A stretch of DNA of 64,000 bases from Arenimonas sp. (GCF_044353605.1 NZ_JBILBO010000008.1:3706-67705); one strand, 5' to 3'; counted from the stretch's first letter, positions 1-9,795 are shown. Notes: generated by a model from the letters alone, not told the origin. Program-made: numbers and translations.

Positions 1-1080
1 CCGCCAATAAGACTGCACCCGCAGACCTTCGGCCAGTGCGCGGTAGTCGATGTATTGCCGGTGCCATTCACGGCGTTTGGCCACACTGTTGATGCCGATG
101 CCGGCCAGGAAGAACAGCAGGAAAAGGTAAATCATCACATCTTTGGCCATGATGTCCGAGTACATGATGAAGGCGTAACCCATCAGTGCAGCGAGGACGT
201 AAGTGGCGAGAAGGATGCGGCTAACGCGTCGCCGGTATGTCGTTGCGAGCCAATCGGCACCGCCGAAATAACATCCGATCGGACAATCGGTATCCCCCAG
301 GCTTCCGGCTTTTACGATTTCTTCGCGGTACTGTTTGCAATCGTGCTGGTATTCGATTTGCCGACGGAACATGGTGTTGAAGGAGTCCGGCATACTTTTG
401 GAGGGCTGTGCATCATCGCCCGAGATCAGCCAGCGGCATTTCTCGTTGATGTCGGTCTCACTGCTCTGGCGTCCGGCCGGAATGTGATACACCAGTGACT
501 CTTCGTCCAGTCCGAGATTGCCAATGGCGGTCTGCCGGCGGTCGATGGTGCCAGGCAGTGTTCCGTGGAGGTGGTATTCGACGACTTGGGCGGTGCCTCC
601 GAAGTGTCCGTTTTCCGATCCATCCCACAATGCCAGCAGGATATGACAGTGGCTTGAGGTGAACATGCCGGCAAGCGCATATTGTCTGTTGCGCGCGTAG
701 CCGCCATGGCGTATGTCGTCAGGACTCCGGAGGTCCTGAAACGCGAGTTCGAGGCAGGCGCTCAGCGAAAGCTGTCTGTCGAATTCGATCAGTTCGGCTG
801 GGTCGTCGAAATCGCTGCGGTAGAGCGTTGCCGGAACCGGCAGCGCGGCAATCACCCTGATGCCCATTTCGAGCGCGATGCCGGCTACCAGTTGATCGGC
901 TCCTGCCGCCAACGGGCACAAGACCGTCAGCGGCAACTCCGGATAATCCTGCCGCAGCTGGTCGAATAGTCCATGGACCTGCCTTTTCAGGCGCGGTAAT
1001 TCGGTCTCGCGCAGATTCCTATGCCCGGTCACGCCAATGACAAGGCCCGCAGTCTCCATGGGTTGATGTGTGTCAGCCAT
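1..1080 (-). CDS. SLOG-domain protein fused to SLATT-like transmembrane domain (3'-truncated by window edge)
   Basis: Manual translation from ATG at 1080 gives 360 codons with no stop: MADTHQPMETAGLVIGVTGHR...LAAGADQL...LLALWDG...GGTAQVV (SLOG motifs), then two hydrophobic helices and WHRQYIDYRALAEGLRVQ (SLATT-like). Absent from the ORF track. An alternative start is at 1059. Confidence 0.8.
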   Translation of the reverse strand, partial: MADTHQPMETAGLVIGVTGHRNLRETELPRLKRQVHGLFDQLRQDYPELPLTVLCPLAAGADQLVAGIALEMGIRVIAALPVPATLYRSDFDDPAELIEFDRQLSLSACLELAFQDLRSPDDIRHGGYARNRQYALAGMFTSSHCHILLALWDGSENGHFGGTAQVVEYHLHGTLPGTIDRRQTAIGNLGLDEESLVYHIPAGRQSSETDINEKCRWLISGDDAQPSKSMPDSFNTMFRRQIEYQHDCKQYREEIVKAGSLGDTDCPIGCYFGGADWLATTYRRRVSRILLATYVLAALMGYAFIMYSDIMAKDVMIYLFLLFFLAGIGINSVAKRREWHRQYIDYRALAEGLRVQSYWR

Positions 1081-1089
1081 GATCGGATA

Positions 1090-1500
1090 TTATTGGTTCA
1101 CAATCCGGGGATCGCATTTCAGAGTCTCCCCGGTTTGTTTGTTCCGAAGGTTTATTTGGTAATAGACATCCGCCGGGCCGGTGTTGGCATTGAAAATATT
1201 GAGCACGTTGCCGTTTCCGCCGGCCGTTTCTCTGATCTGATCCGAGCCCGGACCCGTGAATGTGGTCGGTTCGAAAACCATGTCATCACCATATAAAAGC
1301 TCGATCTGGATTTTCTTGCCACCTGTTTTCTGCATGACCTCGACGTTGCCGTAGCCATCCGTGCCGCCGCTGAACTGGCAGCCATTGATGTTGAGCTCGA
1401 CTTTGAAGTCCGGCGCATTGCCATTCTGTGCTGAGGTGCTGCTCGACACGGCAGCCATCGCCAAAGCGAGGACAAGGATTTGTGTTTGACTGATTCGCAT
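1090..1500 (-). CDS. Small secreted beta-rich protein ending CDPRIVNQ (DP-EP-like)
   Basis: ATG at 1500 follows an AAGGA RBS. Signal peptide MRISQTQILVLALAMAAVSSSTSA. Paralog of 1590-1928. The track start at 1584 is probably too long. Confidence 0.75.
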   Translation of the reverse strand: MRISQTQILVLALAMAAVSSSTSAQNGNAPDFKVELNINGCQFSGGTDGYGNVEVMQKTGGKKIQIELLYGDDMVFEPTTFTGPGSDQIRETAGGNGNVLNIFNANTGPADVYYQINLRNKQTGETLKCDPRIVNQ

Positions 1501-1589
1501 GTGTTGTCCTTGAGGTTTTGAGCAGGTTCTCAGGTCTGGGACGGCAGGGAATGAGCGGATTGCCAAAAAGCAGTCCGCAGTCATCCGAT

Positions 1590-1928
1590 TTATTTATTCA
1601 CGACCCGCGGATCGCAGAGTACATCGGGGCCTCCGTTCGAGTCGCCGACGATGACCGTATATTTGACATCGGCCGGTGTTCGGCAATTGTCGTCGATATC
1701 GACCCGGCGCTCATTGCCCTTGATGTCGAAGCTGAAATTTTCCAGGCCACTGCCTTGGAATTGGACATCCTTGATGAAGTAGTTCGATGCCGCATTCAGC
1801 GAGACGTGGATTTTCGACGGCCCCTGGCCGACCGAATTTTCGACATTGCCGTTGCCTTTGTTGCCGCCGGAATACTGGTAGCCGCCGTTCTGTACGGATA
1901 ATGAAACCTGCTGATCTGAGTTAGGCAT
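1590..1928 (-). CDS. Small beta-rich protein ending CDPRVVNK (DP-EP-like), no signal peptide
   Basis: AGGAG RBS; starts 1 nt after the upstream stop. Shares SGG..G.GNVE, PADV.Y and CDPR.VN with 1090-1500. Confidence 0.8.
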   Translation of the reverse strand: MPNSDQQVSLSVQNGGYQYSGGNKGNGNVENSVGQGPSKIHVSLNAASNYFIKDVQFQGSGLENFSFDIKGNERRVDIDDNCRTPADVKYTVIVGDSNGGPDVLCDPRVVNK

Positions 1929-1929
1929 C

Positions 1930-4041
1930 TTAGTTCTCCTTAGAGGGGGTGGTGGGTGAAGCCGATGAAACCAAAAAACCGGACTCGGTAGGATCCGGAA
2001 CGAAACGGGGGTCTTTGTAGCCGGCCTTAGACAATTCGGATTCGATTTCTTCCGCTTTTGCGGCTTGGCTGAGGCTGATTGCGATCAATCGTCGGATGGG
2101 ATTGAAATCAAAAATCCGGATGGTCTGGCTGTCCAGAAGCTTGGCTGTCTCGCGCCAGGTATTTTCCGCCTGGCTAGCCTGGCCATCGGCCATCTGCGCA
2201 GAACCAAGAATCAAGACCGATTTCGCCAATTCCGCGACAAGCAGGGGGGATTGGTCGGATTCTTTAAGCAGAGCGGTAACCAGGTTGCGGCTCGTTTCCG
2301 CAGAGATGATGGCTTCTTTGGTTCTACCGTTCTGGAGTATACGCAATGCTTTTTCACGATGCATTCCGGAAAGTATGATTTTATTTTTGGTATTTGAAGG
2401 GTCCTTCGAAATAAGTGTGTCTACTCGGCCAATCAAACCATCTAAATCAGCATCATGGCTGTTCGACCAGCCGCCACGGGGAGTCATCGACAGTCGAAGT
2501 AATTCGGCCTTGTACAGCACCTGAAGCCAATCGGCATTATTCGGATCCTTTTCAGTCAACATTGAAAGAATTCGCAGCGACTCCGCATTGAGGCGTGCGG
2601 CGGAGTCGACATCGCCGATATAGAGTTTTGCGTCGGTCTGGAAGGTCATGTTGGACGCAAAAGTAAAGGTTGCCCGCGCATTCTCATCTTTCAAGTAAAT
2701 CGGACGAAGCAGCTTGGCAATCTCGGTGAAGGCCTCATCGCTGCCGGAAAGATCACCAAGATCCATTTTGCTCGAGCCAATCCAGGACCAGGCTTCCGCA
2801 AGGCTGTAGGCAAGCTCGATGTCATCCGGGGTCTTGGCCAGTTCCTCGGCATTGATGTCGCGGCTGAGGATGAAGTTGTCGAGAGCGACGCGGGTGTTTC
2901 CGCGCGCGCGCGCCATACTGCCGAGATTGGAATACGCATAGGAAAGCTCCATGTTGTAGATCGAGTTTCCTGGGTCTCGTTCGAGGAGCTCACGGCTGTA
3001 CTGCATGTAATTCTTGAAAGCGTTTTCTGCGAGCTTCAGATCGCCACGCTCCCATGCGACATATCCGACCCAGAATTCAGCTTGTCCGAGCTCAAACAGA
3101 TTGTCATTGTTTTTAGGGTCGGCTTTGTAAAGGGCCTGCATCTGCTTGAGCGACTCTTCGAAGGCGATCAGTGCGGCCTTCAGGTCGCCTTTCGATTTGC
3201 GCACTTCGCCGATCTGATGCAGGGCCTTGCCGCGCTCGCGCAGTTCCTTGGGGGTGCCGCGGTCACCGAGCGTAGCGAAGTAATTCATGGCCTGATCGCC
3301 GATGGAGTCCAGGATTTCGAGTTTTCCGATGGGTTCAAGCCGTTCGCGCAGGTCGCCGAGCATGAAACCGATCAGGTTCTCGGCCTGGCTGCGGCGGATC
3401 TCTGACTCACGCTTGGCATTCAAGGCATAGACCGCCAGGCCGATAGTCAGCATCGCGATTAAGACCGCGCCGGCCGCCAGAATCGACCAGAACCGCGCCT
3501 GTCGCTGCGCGTCGCGGCGCTTGAGATCATCAACGCCGACATTCAGCAGGCCTGCCGCGATTTTGAGCATCGCATTGCGTTTGCCGTCACCGCTTGGAGT
3601 GGCATCGGCGGCCAAGGGCTCATGGATGATGTTGCCGTTTTCATCCTGTAGGATTGCGGCCGGAAAGGCACAGTGCGGGGATCGCGGATCCGGACTGCCG
3701 GCCGCCAGAAGACAAAAAATGCGGTCGCCACAGCCGGAGGCCCGGAAGCGGCGAATTTCCTCGTTGACCCAGTGCGAGGCACGTGCCGCCGGAGTACAGA
3801 TGACAATCAGCGCATCCGAGTCGTCCATGGCCTTGCGAATCGACTCGGACAGATCGCCGCCGGAGGCGAGTTCGTCACGGTCGCGGAAAATCGGGAAAAG
3901 TCGGGCGGGGAGATTCTGCTGGCTTTGACGCAGTGATTTCGGCAAGCGGTAGCCTTCCAGTGCACGCTGAAGCCAGCGCGCCCAAGCCTCGTCGCTGTGG
4001 CTGTAACTGATGAATGCCCTGTAATGCCGTTGAACCGCCAT
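1930..4041 (-). CDS. TIR domain - transmembrane helix - TPR-like repeat protein
   Basis: N-terminal AFISYSHSD, IFRDRDEL and SHWVNEEI (TIR motifs with catalytic-type Glu); hydrophobic FWSILAAGAVLIAMLTIGLAVYAL; long helical repeat C-terminus. Confidence 0.85.
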   Translation of the reverse strand: MAVQRHYRAFISYSHSDEAWARWLQRALEGYRLPKSLRQSQQNLPARLFPIFRDRDELASGGDLSESIRKAMDDSDALIVICTPAARASHWVNEEIRRFRASGCGDRIFCLLAAGSPDPRSPHCAFPAAILQDENGNIIHEPLAADATPSGDGKRNAMLKIAAGLLNVGVDDLKRRDAQRQARFWSILAAGAVLIAMLTIGLAVYALNAKRESEIRRSQAENLIGFMLGDLRERLEPIGKLEILDSIGDQAMNYFATLGDRGTPKELRERGKALHQIGEVRKSKGDLKAALIAFEESLKQMQALYKADPKNNDNLFELGQAEFWVGYVAWERGDLKLAENAFKNYMQYSRELLERDPGNSIYNMELSYAYSNLGSMARARGNTRVALDNFILSRDINAEELAKTPDDIELAYSLAEAWSWIGSSKMDLGDLSGSDEAFTEIAKLLRPIYLKDENARATFTFASNMTFQTDAKLYIGDVDSAARLNAESLRILSMLTEKDPNNADWLQVLYKAELLRLSMTPRGGWSNSHDADLDGLIGRVDTLISKDPSNTKNKIILSGMHREKALRILQNGRTKEAIISAETSRNLVTALLKESDQSPLLVAELAKSVLILGSAQMADGQASQAENTWRETAKLLDSQTIRIFDFNPIRRLIAISLSQAAKAEEIESELSKAGYKDPRFVPDPTESGFLVSSASPTTPSKEN

Positions 4042-4136
4042 GCCTTTTATCGTTCCCCTAGGCCCCCGTGCCTTGGCTAATACTACCCTTGAATCAAATG
4101 CTTGGGGCTGTATCAGGAATTATTCTTGAAAAGGGC

Positions 4137-4164
4137 TTGACAGACCGTTTTTTGTTAGTAGTAT
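4137..4164 (+). promoter_or_regulatory. Probable sigma70 promoter of lexA
   Basis: TTGACA (4137-4142), 16-nt spacer, TAGTAT (4159-4164). Confidence 0.6.
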
Positions 4165-4173
4165 TACTACTAA
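4155..4173. promoter_or_regulatory. LexA operator (Xanthomonas-type SOS box)
   Basis: Palindrome TTAGTAG-TATTA-CTACTAA overlapping the -10 element and the lexA start codon. Confidence 0.85.
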
Positions 4174-4829
4174 TGAACATTTCCGACAACCAGCAAGCCA
4201 TTCTCACCTTCATCGCCCAGTGCATCGATGAGCAGGGTGTGCCGCCTTCCCAGACCGAGATTGCCAACGCGCTCGGCTTCCGCGGCGTTCGTGCCGCGCA
4301 ATACCACCTGGACATACTCGAACAAGCCGGATACATCCGCCGCCTGCCCGGACAGGCCCGTGGCATCCGCCTGTGCCACCCGCAATCCGATGAGGATGTG
4401 GAGATTCCCCTGCCTCGAACCCGGGTGGAATCGGCCGGCGATGCCTTGCGTCTGCCCGTTCTAGGGCGGGTGGCGGCCGGCCTGCCGATTGGTGCCGATA
4501 TCCCATCCGACGACTTCGTACTACTGGATCGGGCGTTTTTCTCACCGTCGCCGGATTATCTGTTGAAAGTGAAGGGCGATTCCATGCGCGATGACGGCAT
4601 TTTCGATGGTGACCTTGTGGGCATTCACCGAACCCAACAAGCGCTTTCCGATCAAATCGTTGTGGCCCGCATCGATGATGAAATCACCATCAAGCGTCTG
4701 AAAATCGGTAAGCATGGCATCCGGTTATTGCCGCGCAATCCGGATTTCCAGCCGATTGATGTCCGCCCCGATCAGGATTTCGCCATCGAAGGCCTCTATT
4801 GTGGCCTGATCCGGCCTTCCGGCAAATGA
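4173..4829 (+). CDS. lexA: SOS repressor LexA
   Basis: HTH N-terminus, VAAG cleavage site, GDSM Ser and TIKR Lys catalytic motifs. Start reassigned to MNISDNQ at 4173. Confidence 0.95.
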   Translation: MNISDNQQAILTFIAQCIDEQGVPPSQTEIANALGFRGVRAAQYHLDILEQAGYIRRLPGQARGIRLCHPQSDEDVEIPLPRTRVESAGDALRLPVLGRVAAGLPIGADIPSDDFVLLDRAFFSPSPDYLLKVKGDSMRDDGIFDGDLVGIHRTQQALSDQIVVARIDDEITIKRLKIGKHGIRLLPRNPDFQPIDVRPDQDFAIEGLYCGLIRPSGK

Positions 4830-4982
4830 ACATGTCCATAAATTCCGATACCTACCAACGCTGTTACCTGACTGCCCCGGATATGGACCCGGGCCACACT
4901 GGTTTCGCGGCGGTCTCAGCTTTTGCGACTGCCGCCTTTTATGATTCAACTACCCCAACGAAACAACCCTGAGGAACCGACG

Positions 4983-6014
4983 ATGGATGAGAACAAAAAA
5001 CGCGCGCTGGCTGCAGCCCTGGCCCAGATCGATAAACAATTCGGCAAAGGTACCGTGATGCTGATGGGCGATAAGAGCATCGAAGCGGCCGAAGTCATCG
5101 GCACCGGTTCGATCATGCTTGATCTCGCGTTGGGAATCGGTGGTCTGCCAAAAGGCCGTGTTGTCGAAATTTATGGTCCTGAATCCTCCGGCAAAACCAC
5201 ATTGACCCTGCAGACCATCGCACAATGCCAGAAAGCCGGTGGTACGGCGGCCTTCGTTGATGCCGAGCATGCCTTGGATCCGGGCTACGCCCAGAAGCTC
5301 GGGGTCAATGTCGATGACCTGCTGATTTCACAGCCGGATACCGGCGAACAGGCTCTGGAAATCGTCGATATGCTAGTACGTTCGAATGCCGTCGATATGG
5401 TCGTGATTGATTCCGTTGCGGCATTGACGCCACGTGCTGAAATCGAGGGCGAAATGGGTGAAATGCAGGTTGGTCTGCAGGCCCGTCTGATGAGCCAGGC
5501 ACTTCGCAAATTGACAGGCAACATCAAGCGCAGCAACTGCATGGTCATCTTCATCAACCAGCTGCGTATGAAAATCGGCATGATGATGCCTGGCCAGAAC
5601 CCTGAAACCACCACCGGCGGCAATGCCCTGAAATTCTACGCTTCGGTGCGTCTGGACATCCGCCGCATCGGTGCGGTCAAGAAAGGCGATGAAATCATCG
5701 GCAACGAAACCCGCATCAAGGTGGTCAAGAATAAAATGGCGCCACCGTTCAAACAGGTCATTACCGAAATTCTTTACGGAGAAGGCATCTCGCGTGAAGG
5801 TGAAATCCTTGATCTGGGCGTCGATGCCAAGTTCGTTGAAAAGTCGGGCGCTTGGTACAGCGCGCTCGGTGAGCGCATCGGTCAGGGCAAGGAAAATGCC
5901 CGCCAGTATCTGAAGGATAATCCGAAAATGGCCCTTGAGCTCGAAGCAAAAATCAAGGAAAAGCTCAAGCCGGTCATCGTCCCGAAGAAGCCGATTGAAG
6001 ATATCGAAGCTTGA
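4983..6014 (+). CDS. recA: Recombinase A
   Basis: [32 protein letters not shown]. Confidence 0.99.
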   Translation: MDENKKRALAAALAQIDKQFGKGTVMLMGDKSIEAAEVIGTGSIMLDLALGIGGLPKGRVVEIYGPESSGKTTLTLQTIAQCQKAGGTAAFVDAEHALDPGYAQKLGVNVDDLLISQPDTGEQALEIVDMLVRSNAVDMVVIDSVAALTPRAEIEGEMGEMQVGLQARLMSQALRKLTGNIKRSNCMVIFINQLRMKIGMMMPGQNPETTTGGNALKFYASVRLDIRRIGAVKKGDEIIGNETRIKVVKNKMAPPFKQVITEILYGEGISREGEILDLGVDAKFVEKSGAWYSALGERIGQGKENARQYLKDNPKMALELEAKIKEKLKPVIVPKKPIEDIEA

Positions 6015-6505
6015 TGCGGAGAAAGACCTCGGACCTTCCCGCATACCAGCAGGCTATGGGCCTGCTGGTTCGGCGTGAGCATTCGCGTCGGGAGTTGAAA
6101 CAGAAGCTCCGGCAGCGGGGAAAAGAGGCGGATGAGATCGACACGGCGCTGGAATCGCTGTCCCGGCAGGACTTTCAGAACGATGGTCGGTTTTCAATGG
6201 CTTTGGCCCGGTCCCGCCAGGCTGCCGGCTATGGACCTGTCCGGATTCGGGCCGAATTGGCCCAGCACAATCTCGATGCCGAGGTGATTGCTGAAACGAT
6301 GGCGTCCTTGCCCGAAGACTGGCTGGATACGGCACAGGGTCTGGTGGCGAGACGCTATCTCCGTAAAATCCAGGCCGATCCGGCGCAAAGCCGTAAAGCA
6401 GTGGATTTTCTGTTGCGTCGGGGTTTTGACCAAAAAACCGCTTTTACGGCCGTTAAAATACGTGAATGGCCGGTTGCACCGGATTTAATCGACGAAAGTC
6501 CTTAA
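6011..6505 (+). CDS. recX: Regulatory protein RecX
   Basis: [34 protein letters not shown]; directly after recA. Confidence 0.93.
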   Translation: MMRRKTSDLPAYQQAMGLLVRREHSRRELKQKLRQRGKEADEIDTALESLSRQDFQNDGRFSMALARSRQAAGYGPVRIRAELAQHNLDAEVIAETMASLPEDWLDTAQGLVARRYLRKIQADPAQSRKAVDFLLRRGFDQKTAFTAVKIREWPVAPDLIDESP

Positions 6506-6578
6506 AATCAGCCGTAAATGGTTTAAAATCAAGGCGTAGCGGTGCATTCGGTGCCGCGTCCCACGCTTCAGGTTAACC

Positions 6579-9245
6579 ATGACACAGATGACGTCGCGCT
6601 CGAGTGCGCAGATTCGCCAGGATTTCCTTGATTTCTTTGCCAGCAAAGGCCATGCCGTTGTGGCTAGCAGTCCGCTGGTCCCCGGTAATGATCCAACTTT
6701 GTTGTTCACCAATGCCGGCATGGTGCAGTTCAAGGATGTGTTCCTTGGCGCCGAGAAGCGCAGCTATACCCGTGCCGTCAGCTCCCAGCGTTGCGTACGG
6801 GCAGGCGGCAAGCACAATGACCTTGATCAGGTCGGCTACACCGCCCGTCATCATACGTTTTTCGAAATGCTGGGAAATTTCAGCTTCGGGGACTATTTCA
6901 AGAAAGACGCCATCCATTACGCCTGGGAACTGCTGACCGAAGTCTGGAAGCTGCCCAAGGATCGCCTTTTGGTCACGATTTACCATACCGATGACGAAGC
7001 ATTCGATATCTGGAATACGCAGATTGGTCTGCCGGAATCCCGGATCATCCGCATCGGTGACAACAAGGGCGCGCCGTTCGCGTCGGACAACTTCTGGCAG
7101 ATGGCCGATACCGGGCCTTGCGGGCCCTGCACCGAGATTTTTTATGACCACGGCGATCATATCGCCGGTGGGCCGCCCGGCTCTCCGGATGAAGACGGCG
7201 ACCGTTTCATCGAAATCTGGAACAACGTATTCATGCAGTTCGACCGCCAGCCCGACGGCACCCTGTTGCCGTTGCCGGCACCCTGCGTCGATACCGGGAT
7301 GGGCCTGGAGCGCATTGCCGCGGTTCTGCAGCATGTCCACAGCAATTATGAAATCGATTTGTTCGATCATCTGATTCGCACCGCTGCGGCTTTGACAAGC
7401 ACGGATGATCTGGGCAACAAATCACTTCGGGTCATTGCCGATCATATCCGCGCCTGTAGTTTCCTGATTGCCGATGGTGTATTGCCATCCAATGAAGGTC
7501 GTGGTTACGTGCTACGACGTATCATCCGTCGTGCCGTCCGTCATATCTGGAAGCTCGGCGCGCTGCGTCCAGAAGGCCTGTTCTGGCGCATGCTGCAGCC
7601 CTTGGCCGAGAAAATGGCCGGCGCCTATCCCGAATTGGAAAGCAAAAGGTCTTTGATTGAGCAGGCTCTGAAAGCCGAAGAAGCGGCCTTCGCGACGACG
7701 CTCGATGCCGGCATGATCCGTCTTGACGGCATGTTGACCGAAGGTGCCAGTGTCATCAGCGGCGAGCAGTTGTTCCTGCTTCACGATACCTTTGGTTGCC
7801 CGCCCGACCTGGTCTTGGATATCCTGCGTGAGCGCGGTTTGGCTCCGGCACCAGATGCGATGGAACACTACGAAACTTTAATGGATAAGCAACGGGAACG
7901 TGCCCGTGGCGCCAGCAAATTCGCCGGCACGATCGGTCTGCCCGCGGAACTGGTTGCCAGCCTGCATGCCACCGAATTCAAGGGCTACGAAAAGCTGGAA
8001 TGTGACGGCTGCCGCGTTGTGGCATTGCTCCGCGATGGGCAGCCGGTATCCGCTCTTGAAGCCGGAGAGCGCGGCATCGTTCTGCTCGACAGGACCCCGT
8101 TTTATGCCGAATCCGGCGGACAGGTCGGTGATGCCGGCGTGTTGTGTGCATCCACGGGCGTGCGTTTTCAGGTCGAAGATACCCAGAAACTGTCCGCTAT
8201 ATTCCATGGCCATGTCGGTGTGATGGATAGCGGCCGAATTTCCATCGGTGACAAACTCTCCGCCCGCGTCGATGACGGCCGCCGCCAGGCGACGGTCATC
8301 AACCATTCGGCGACCCACCTGTTGCATGCGGCACTGCGTAGCGTGCTCGGCGAACATGTCAGCCAGAAGGGATCGCTGGTGACTCCTGAGCGCACCCGTT
8401 TCGATTTCTCCCACTTCCAGTCGGTCACGGCCGAGCAGCTGCAGCGTATTGAAGATTTGGTGAATGCCGAAATCCGCCGAAATGCCGAGGCCGAAGTCCA
8501 TCATATGGGCATGCAGGAAGCGCTCGATTTCGGAGCCATGGCGCTTTTCGGTGAAAAATACGGCGAGCGTGTTCGTGTTCTGCGGATGGGTGATTTCTCC
8601 ACAGAACTCTGCGGGGGCACCCATGTGCACCGTACCGGCGACATCGGTGTTTTCAAAATCCTGTCCGAAGTCGGCGTTGCCGCCGGTGTCAGAAGGATCG
8701 AGGCGACCACGGGCGCCAACGCGGTGGCCGCATTCAAGTATAACGAATCGGTATTGCAGAAAGCTGCTGAGCTTATCGGAGCCCGCAGCCATGATGTTGT
8801 CGATAAGCTCAACCAGTTGCTTGAACGTCAGAAGAAGCTCGAGTTGGCCTTGGAGGCTTACAAGGCCAAGGCAGCCTCCGGGCAGAGCGCTGAATTGGCG
8901 GCCCAAGCGATCGAGATTGCCGGCATTAAGCTCGTCAAACTCCGTATCGAGAGCGGCGATCCTAAAGGACTCCGGGAACTGGTCGACAATCTCAAGGTCC
9001 AACTTCCGGATTCGGTCATCGTTCTGGCTGCGGCGCAGGATGGCAAAGCCTCTCTGGTTGCCGGCGTGCAGGGTAGGGCGCAGACTAAAATCAAGGCAGG
9101 TGATGTATTGGCGCATATCGCCGCCCAGATTGGCGGCAAGGGTGGCGGCAGGGCGGATTTTGCTCAAGGCGGGGGTGAGGACGGCCCGGCGTTGCTCAAG
9201 GCCATGGCCGAGTTAGATGAATGGCTGGCTGGCCGTCTGACCTGA
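6579..9245 (+). CDS. alaS: Alanine--tRNA ligase
   Basis: [47 protein letters not shown]. Confidence 0.99.
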   Translation: MTQMTSRSSAQIRQDFLDFFASKGHAVVASSPLVPGNDPTLLFTNAGMVQFKDVFLGAEKRSYTRAVSSQRCVRAGGKHNDLDQVGYTARHHTFFEMLGNFSFGDYFKKDAIHYAWELLTEVWKLPKDRLLVTIYHTDDEAFDIWNTQIGLPESRIIRIGDNKGAPFASDNFWQMADTGPCGPCTEIFYDHGDHIAGGPPGSPDEDGDRFIEIWNNVFMQFDRQPDGTLLPLPAPCVDTGMGLERIAAVLQHVHSNYEIDLFDHLIRTAAALTSTDDLGNKSLRVIADHIRACSFLIADGVLPSNEGRGYVLRRIIRRAVRHIWKLGALRPEGLFWRMLQPLAEKMAGAYPELESKRSLIEQALKAEEAAFATTLDAGMIRLDGMLTEGASVISGEQLFLLHDTFGCPPDLVLDILRERGLAPAPDAMEHYETLMDKQRERARGASKFAGTIGLPAELVASLHATEFKGYEKLECDGCRVVALLRDGQPVSALEAGERGIVLLDRTPFYAESGGQVGDAGVLCASTGVRFQVEDTQKLSAIFHGHVGVMDSGRISIGDKLSARVDDGRRQATVINHSATHLLHAALRSVLGEHVSQKGSLVTPERTRFDFSHFQSVTAEQLQRIEDLVNAEIRRNAEAEVHHMGMQEALDFGAMALFGEKYGERVRVLRMGDFSTELCGGTHVHRTGDIGVFKILSEVGVAAGVRRIEATTGANAVAAFKYNESVLQKAAELIGARSHDVVDKLNQLLERQKKLELALEAYKAKAASGQSAELAAQAIEIAGIKLVKLRIESGDPKGLRELVDNLKVQLPDSVIVLAAAQDGKASLVAGVQGRAQTKIKAGDVLAHIAAQIGGKGGGRADFAQGGGEDGPALLKAMAELDEWLAGRLT

Positions 9246-9326
9246 GTTATTTGCCCTTGGCCCGAATGTGGTCTAGGATTTGCTTGCGATAATGGAAAAT
9301 GGTTGTGACGTAAAAGGAGTGGTTCC

Positions 9327-9521
9327 ATGTTAATCCTGACCCGACGTGTCGGAGAAACGCTGATGATTGGTGATGAAATCACCGTGACCGTGCTCGGCGT
9401 GAAAGGCAACCAGGTCCGTCTGGGAATCACTGCGCCCAAGGATGTGGGCGTGCATCGGGAAGAGATTTATCAGAAAATCGGCCGGGATTCCAAGGAAAAC
9501 ACCGAACCCAAGTCAGAATGA
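9327..9521 (+). CDS. csrA: Carbon storage regulator
   Basis: [16 protein letters not shown]...HREEIY. Confidence 0.98.
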   Translation: MLILTRRVGETLMIGDEITVTVLGVKGNQVRLGITAPKDVGVHREEIYQKIGRDSKENTEPKSE

Positions 9522-9587
9522 GGTTTACCGGAACGGCCAAAAGCCGTATCATGGACAGCCTGTAGCGGCTACGCCGTTTCAGACCCC

Positions 9588-9680
9588 GGAGAGATGCCCG
9601 AGAGGCTGAAGGGGCTCCCCTGCTAAGGGAGTATAGGGTCAAAAGCCTTATCGAGGGTTCGAATCCCTCTCTCTCCGCCA
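9588..9680 (+). tRNA. tRNA-Ser(GCT)
   Basis: Cloverleaf with long variable arm, anticodon loop CT-GCT-AA, GTTCGAATC, CCA end. Confidence 0.97.
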
Positions 9681-9687
9681 AATTCCG

Positions 9688-9712
9688 AAACCACCCTTGC
9701 GGGTGGTTTTTT
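9688..9712 (+). terminator. Rho-independent terminator
   Basis: AAACCACCC-TTGC-GGGTGGTTT followed by a T run. Confidence 0.8.
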
Positions 9713-9795
9713 CTTGCGCTATTCACATCAATTGGACTCATTGCCCTTGCTGGCGGCGTTATGATGGTTCTCCATCATCGCTTACCGTCAACAGT

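Noticed and set aside
55-1296. Plus-strand ORFs 55-498, 682-969 and 1021-1296
   Set aside because: Antisense shadows of the SLOG-SLATT gene and the small secreted gene; no motifs.
2901-2912. (CG)6 alternating tract
   Set aside because: Simply encodes Ala-Arg-Ala-Arg inside the TIR-TPR gene; no evidence of a function.
4830-4982. Search for a second LexA box ahead of recA
   Set aside because: No TTAG-N6-TACTA or palindromic match found by eye.
6573-9167. Long minus-strand ORFs opposite alaS; similar ones oppose clpX, lon, fabH, fabF, dnaX and mltG (up to 576 aa)
   Set aside because: Expected in high-GC genomes opposite codon-biased genes; no RBS or family motifs.
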